DNA from: the human T2T-CHM13v2.0 reference genome, Homo sapiens
DNA: 64,000 bases
NCBI RefSeq assembly: GCF_009914755.1
Contig: NC_060938.1
Strand: one strand, 5' to 3'
The stretch's first letter is position 1. Each line of letters begins with the position of its first letter. A program made the position numbers and the translations under genes. Below are positions 56,844-64,000 of the stretch, one piece after another. The notes under the pieces were generated by a model. That model worked only from the letters and a program-made list of their open reading frames with translations. It was not told the origin of the DNA and did not search any database.

Positions 56844-58429
56844 AGTCGTTATGTCCCTCCAGTCTTTAGTAATTGGATTTTTTTAGTCAAAAAAAGTATG
56901 CATAGGAGGCAAGTCATTTCAGACCCAGGCTGCCCAGTGCTTTTGAAAGCTATAACAATTCTATGTATTTCATGACCATATTTATTTTCCCAAGGAGCTA
57001 ATCACTTAAAATATCCCAGATCCTCAATGTGAGATAGCTGCCATTTGGTTTCAAAGTAGTCAAATGGGTGTTGAAATTGGTCTTATTGTACCAGTTAGCA
57101 TAGTTGGACAGTAGTTTAAAGAAAACCTGTGGTCAGCTGTATAGCTTAAATGTACAAGAGGAATTTGCAATGCATTTGTAGTGTTGATGCCTTATTTATT
57201 TCATGATAAATCACTCCATAATAACATTCTAGAGAGCATGAAGGATGTTCATTAAATAATAGTATGTGCAAAATCCATGGTTTATATTTAGCTAACTTAA
57301 AAATACCCTGATCATCTATGAGGACATATTGAGCTCTCAACGCTAATACAAACAAATTTATTGATTCAACCTGAGTTTCCTTGTTCTGTTCCCAGATTTG
57401 AACGGCACAAGTGTGTGCTCAGGTCACAGGGAGGACCATGCCACAATGTGAATAAGGGAAGGAAAGTTCATTTGATTACTGAAAAAAATAATTGACCAAG
57501 GCACATTTTCTACTTACTGTTAAAAAGGCATCATACTTTCTTATGAAGAAAATGAAAGAGCTGACACCACTTTATACTTGCAAATGGCAGATATCAAAAA
57601 GGCATAAAGTATGAAAGAGGCAAGAGATTATTGGTAGCTTAAAGAACTTATTAACAAACCTTGCTGATACATTTGCTGCAGAACGATTATTAAAAAGGAG
57701 AAAAACAATTAAACAAATACCACTGCTTAGATGTAAATTCTCAGTCCAATGTGCCTTTCTCCAATGGTTTACTAAAGAAAACCAATAGAAAATTAACAAA
57801 ATTAGGCTATGCAAAAACTTTTTAAAAATGAAGTAGTTCTACATGCAAGGCCTGCAGCTAACCAAGTTGATAATAATTACACATTTAAAGAATATGAACA
57901 ATCCAAATGTAGGCTGGTTTACACAAAAGGTAGACTGCTAGAAGTGCCCATTTATTTTAAATACTATCTAGGGAAGAACAACAGTGACTCCGGGCACTAG
58001 ATAAGAGTACACTACAGGGCAGGTCACCTGGTTTTATTCACCCAGTAAAATTATCTATTAAGATTCTCTTCTCTATTTTCTGATTTCATCTGTACCAGTC
58101 AACCTACTGGTTACTAATAGACTTCCCAGATTCTTAAATACTGCTCTGGCTAAGAGCAAAAAAGAAGATTTCTGATTAAAAATAAATATTCTATTTTAAA
58201 TTTCTATCTCCTAGAATATTGTTTTCCTTTCTTTCATCGAACAAATATTTTTAGTGACAACTATGTGCCAGGAATTTTGCTACTTGTCAAAGATTTAGCA
58301 GTAATCAACAAGAAATATGGTCACTGCCAGTTTTCCAGTGGGTGAGAGAGATAGTTATGATCCTGTTTCTCCATGCCGCTCCTGCCAACATTCCTTCAGG
58401 AAATCTCTGTTATCTTTATTTTCAACATG

Positions 58430-59125
58430 TGTCAATAAACTGATTACATCTCAATGTCTTTTCTGCATCTACCTCGCTCTGAGCCACTCATCTCACACGT
58501 GGATTTTGGCAATAGTTTCCTAGCAGGTCTGTTTTTAGTCTTCCCACCTTCCTGCATGGCCTATTTTCAGCTGAGCAGCAACAGTGATGCCTTCAGAATG
58601 AGGGTCAGACCACATTAGTTTCCTACTGAAAATTCTGCAATGGCTTCCATTTTACTGAGAGCAAAAGCTTGTGTCTTTGCCCTGCCCCATCCTCCGGCTT
58701 CATCTTTTCATCCCTTCTCTTTGCTTACTCTACTCCAGCCACAGCAGCTTCCCGGCCCTTCCACAGACCATATACACTCAAACCTCAGGACCTTTGCAAG
58801 GGCTGTTCTTCATGACTTGAATGATCTTCACCCAGAAATTGCTCCAAGTTTTTCTCAAATGTTACATTCTTAATGAGGCCTTCCCTGACCATACTAATTT
58901 AAAATTACAATCCACTTATACTTTTTATTCTGCTCTATTTTATTTTCTATTTAAAAAGCACTAACATACTATATAATTTTCTTATCACTTGGATTATTTA
59001 TTTTCTTCTCCCTCACTGCAATGTTAGCTCTTTAATGGGAGAGGTTTCATTCGTTGATATATCCAACAGCATGCTTGGCACATAGTAGGTGTTGAATAAA
59101 TAGTTTGAATGCTTAATGAATGAGC
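58430..59125 (+). mobile_element. L2a 3' portion
   Basis: cctcaggacctttgca..gaggccttccctgacc..tggcacatagtaggtgttgaataaata..tgaatg. Confidence 0.85.
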
Positions 59126-59159
59126 CAAGTAAAATAAATGTATACTTAAAAATCATGAT

Positions 59160-59720
<561 letters not shown>

Positions 59721-61182
59721 CTGTGACTCTCTCCTACCTTCCTATTGTCATGAAGTTAGCAGTGTGAAGAAAAGACTTATCTAGCAGGGGATCTGGATCT
59801 GGTTTGATGAGAAAGATGAGTATCATTTAGTTGTTAGGAAGAAGAACCAGTCTTTCTAGGTCAGCTCAGCTTTGGAGACCTGAGATGAGGGGAACTTTTC
59901 AAGTTGAGGATTCTTTCATGGCACAGTCAGCTAATGCCACCCAGTCAGTGAGTTTCTTAAGAGCCACACCGTCTCTTTTCTACAATGTGGTGCTCCAAAA
60001 AGATGAAATTATTTTGTAGTATGGTTGGTTACTGATCATCTTGTGTAAAGAATTCCTCACATTGGACTACATAAATTAAGAGTAATGTCACTTAACTTTT
60101 CAAATTATAGCACAACGCTTATTTCGAAAAGGCAAAATTGAGGGAAATTTTGTACATTCTGTTAAGTGGACTGCGGAGGGTGCTGTTAATGAGCTTGAGT
60201 ACGATCCCTTGTGACTGAGTGGGCTTTACCAGCAATAGAAATAGACTAATTGGTTCCTGGAGGTTGCTTTGACTGCCCTGGTGAAACCTCAGCTGCACTA
60301 TTCTGAGAAGTAACAGCATGGGGTAGTGGGTAGACACTCATTTATAATTCCGTGCTTAGTTACAGTTGGGGAAAGTAACTGGAGCATGCATATATCGAGA
60401 GCCTGAGGTGAGTGTGGAGTCTAGTTTCCTCTACCCAGCGCCCACCTCACTTCTGCTTCTCTCCATTTTCATGGAACCCTTATAAGCATTCACTGTGGTT
60501 TTAGGCCATTCTCCCACAGGCATAAGAAGATAACCACAGAGGGTTTCTAAGAACTATATTACAACCAGCTCTCCTAAATATCCCGTTCTATGGCTTTTCA
60601 GATGTCAAGCAAGTGATTTAATACTAATATATTTAAGAACCACTGGCAGAAAAATTTACTCTTTATTGCATCTCACATAGAGCAGCTGTTCAGGCACATT
60701 TCTGGGCATCTTCCTCAACAAAATGGAAATTCAAATATAGGGACTAAAATTGGTATCATGTGTTTCAGTCAGGATCTTATAAAGTTTTTGGTAAGACTCT
60801 TATTTAATACTTATCTTTTAAAAATATCTTTAGAAAAAATATTGCGGGTACTAATTGTTAATATTATTTAAGGATCCATGTTTTACAAACTGATGATTAT
60901 TATTAGGCTGGTAAGATCAAGAATTTAAACTCAATTTACCTTACAAGGCTTATTTCTGTTTGGCATCCTAATGAATTCTCTGCTCCAGCAAAACAGGTCC
61001 AGTTGCTGTCTCCTGAAATATGAATTGCACTTTTTAAACTCATACCAATTTCCTGCCTAGAAAGCCACTTCTTCCCATCTCTGCCTCTTAAAATTCCATC
61101 TCTGAAGACCTTCTCTTATCAGTCTGATAGAAAGTGAGGGTCTCATGCATTTTCTATGCTGATTGTGACACTGATAAAATCC

Positions 61183-61640
61183 TTCATTCATTTATTCAAG
61201 AAATATTTTTATGCACAGTATTTTTCAATACTGGCATAGATCTAGAGACAGCAATGAAGAAAATGAAGTTAGTCTTGCAGTTACAAAATATATAGAAATA
61301 GATATATTAGTTTATAGATATATTAAAAAGCACAGAAATAAGAATATATAAGCACAGAATAAATAAGTTAATATATATATTAAATAGTTAAATAAGCACA
61401 GAAATATAGAAAAAAATGTGATAAGAATTGTATTGGAAAACTAGAGTGTGCTATGAAAAAAATAATATTAAATAAAACAAGAATGTGAGAAGACACTCCT
61501 GAGTAAGTGACATTTTAAGGTCTGATGAATGAGTAAAAGTAATTCAGGCTAGGAATAGAAGGAAAAATTTTCAAGGCAGAGATAATTGCATTTGCAAAAT
61601 CTGAGGTAGGAAATGTCTTGGTGTATTCCAGGAACTGAAA
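61183..61640 (-). mobile_element. L2
   Basis: ttcattcatttattcaagaaatatttt; gtgtattccaggaactgaaagaa. Confidence 0.7.
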
Positions 61641-61749
61641 GAAAGTTGATGTGTCTTTTAGTTATATATGCACCTTTCTTATCTCTTCTAGATGGATGAG
61701 AACTTGTTTTTCATTTCTTTATACTCCATAATGATTAACATAGTGTTTT

Positions 61750-62712
<963 letters not shown>

Positions 62713-62745
62713 TTATACATAATAGTTGCTCAAAATAAAGTGCTA

Positions 62746-64000
62746 GAGGACTTCTGCTTCCAGTAACTGGAGTTAGCTGATATTAATGTTACATCCCTTT
62801 GTAAATAATTATAAAAACTGGACAAAATATAAGAGACAACTGATTTCAGGCATTGGAAACAGAGCAGCCCTATCATCCTTGAGATATAGAAACCTGTGAA
62901 ATGGGCTTTGTTAACCCCCCAAATTTATGCCTGAGACAATTTCTGGAACTTTGCAGTAGGGAGATGGATTCCAAGTAGAAAGCAGAGTCTTCTGGAGCTG
63001 AAGTGATAGAGATAAGAATTTGAGGGAACTGGAAGGGCAGATATAAAAATGAGGCTTCTGTGGGGAGAAGACAGCCCAGAAATTTGTATGAGGGTTTATC
63101 TGTGACCTTGGTTGAGAGCTAGGGTGCTTATGCATGGGCATTAAGTCCAAAAGGCCTAGCAGAGTGACTTCTAGAGGGAGCTAAGAGCAGTACAGAGGTG
63201 CTAGAGGATGCACAGGGCTAAAAGATGTCAGAATTCTGACCCAGTTGGGGTGGAGAGACCTCACTGAAGAACTCAGGCATTTGATTAAGATTCCAGAAAC
63301 ATGATGTCCTAGGGGGATGAAAATACCCTAGATCTAATGAGAAAACTGAAATCAATCTACCCTACAAAGCACAGAACCAACACCAATAGATGTAAGACAA
63401 TCTATCCATAAATTAACTGTCTGATAAAACAAAACTTAACAAGATTAAAATAAAAACAACATAAATCAGACTCCCTGCAAAGTAACATGTACAATAAAAA
63501 AAAACTACCAGACAGGAGAATAAGCAGGAGAATGTTACCCATAATCCAGAAAAAAAGCACCCAATAAAAAATGTCAAAAATCACAGATTTTAGAGATAAT
63601 GTATACGGATTTTTGAAAGAGTTATTATAAACCCATGCAAAAATTTAAAGAAAAATATGGACAAATTTCAGCAAAGAAATAGAAAATATAAAAATAAATT
63701 AAAAATTTAAAACTCAAATTATTTGAGATAAAAAAATTACTGAGTGGTTTAGAAAAAGATTAGACACTGCAGAAGAAAGGGTCAATAACATCCAAATTGA
63801 ATTTGGGAGAGAAAAATAAATACTTGAAATATTAACAGCACTTTAATGGCCTGTGAGAAAATATTGAGCAAATATAATTAGAGTCCCCAAAAATGATTAA
63901 GAATGCATCAGAATAAAAAATTGAGTAAGTGAATGAAAATTCTCCAAATTTGATGAAAAACAATACCACACAGATTCAAGAAGTTCAATGAACTCCAAGA
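62746..64000 (+). mobile_element. Old L1 (L1MC/MD-like) 5' UTR and ORF1 remnant, running off the window end
   Basis: gaggacttctgcttcc..aaaactggacaaaata; ORF1-like gaaaattctccaaatttgatgaaaa..cagattcaagaagttcaatgaactcca (ENxPNLMK..QIQE). Confidence 0.7.

Noticed and set aside
60405-60413. Consensus donor GAG|GTGAGT
   Set aside because: No convincing upstream acceptor or promoter; an isolated motif is insufficient

Overview
Repeat-rich, AT-rich primate genomic DNA, almost certainly human: it contains an AluYa5-lineage insertion and an L1PA2/3-type 3' end. I can support no host protein-coding exon, RNA gene or CpG island, so it reads as intronic or intergenic. The ORF track reflects repeats, microsatellites or chance. 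Main content: a two-LTR MER41 provirus (3205-8753, minus, with PBS, PPT and TSD); solo LTRs (MER31, MLT1D, MST, MER66, MLT1, LTR12/ERV9, MLT2, LTR33/41-like); a deleted ERVL remnant with recognisable integrase; a full-length MER6; a CR1/L3 reverse-transcriptase fossil; many Alu, MIR, L2 and old L1 pieces, often nested. I found no convincing new biological system. The best leads are regulatory: an LTR12 promoter aimed at an inverted Alu pair that includes a very young Alu, an RFX/RBPJ motif cluster at about 30 kb, and an Alu monomer inserted into one MER41 LTR. Family names come from recalled consensus sequences, and boundaries without a TSD are approximate.
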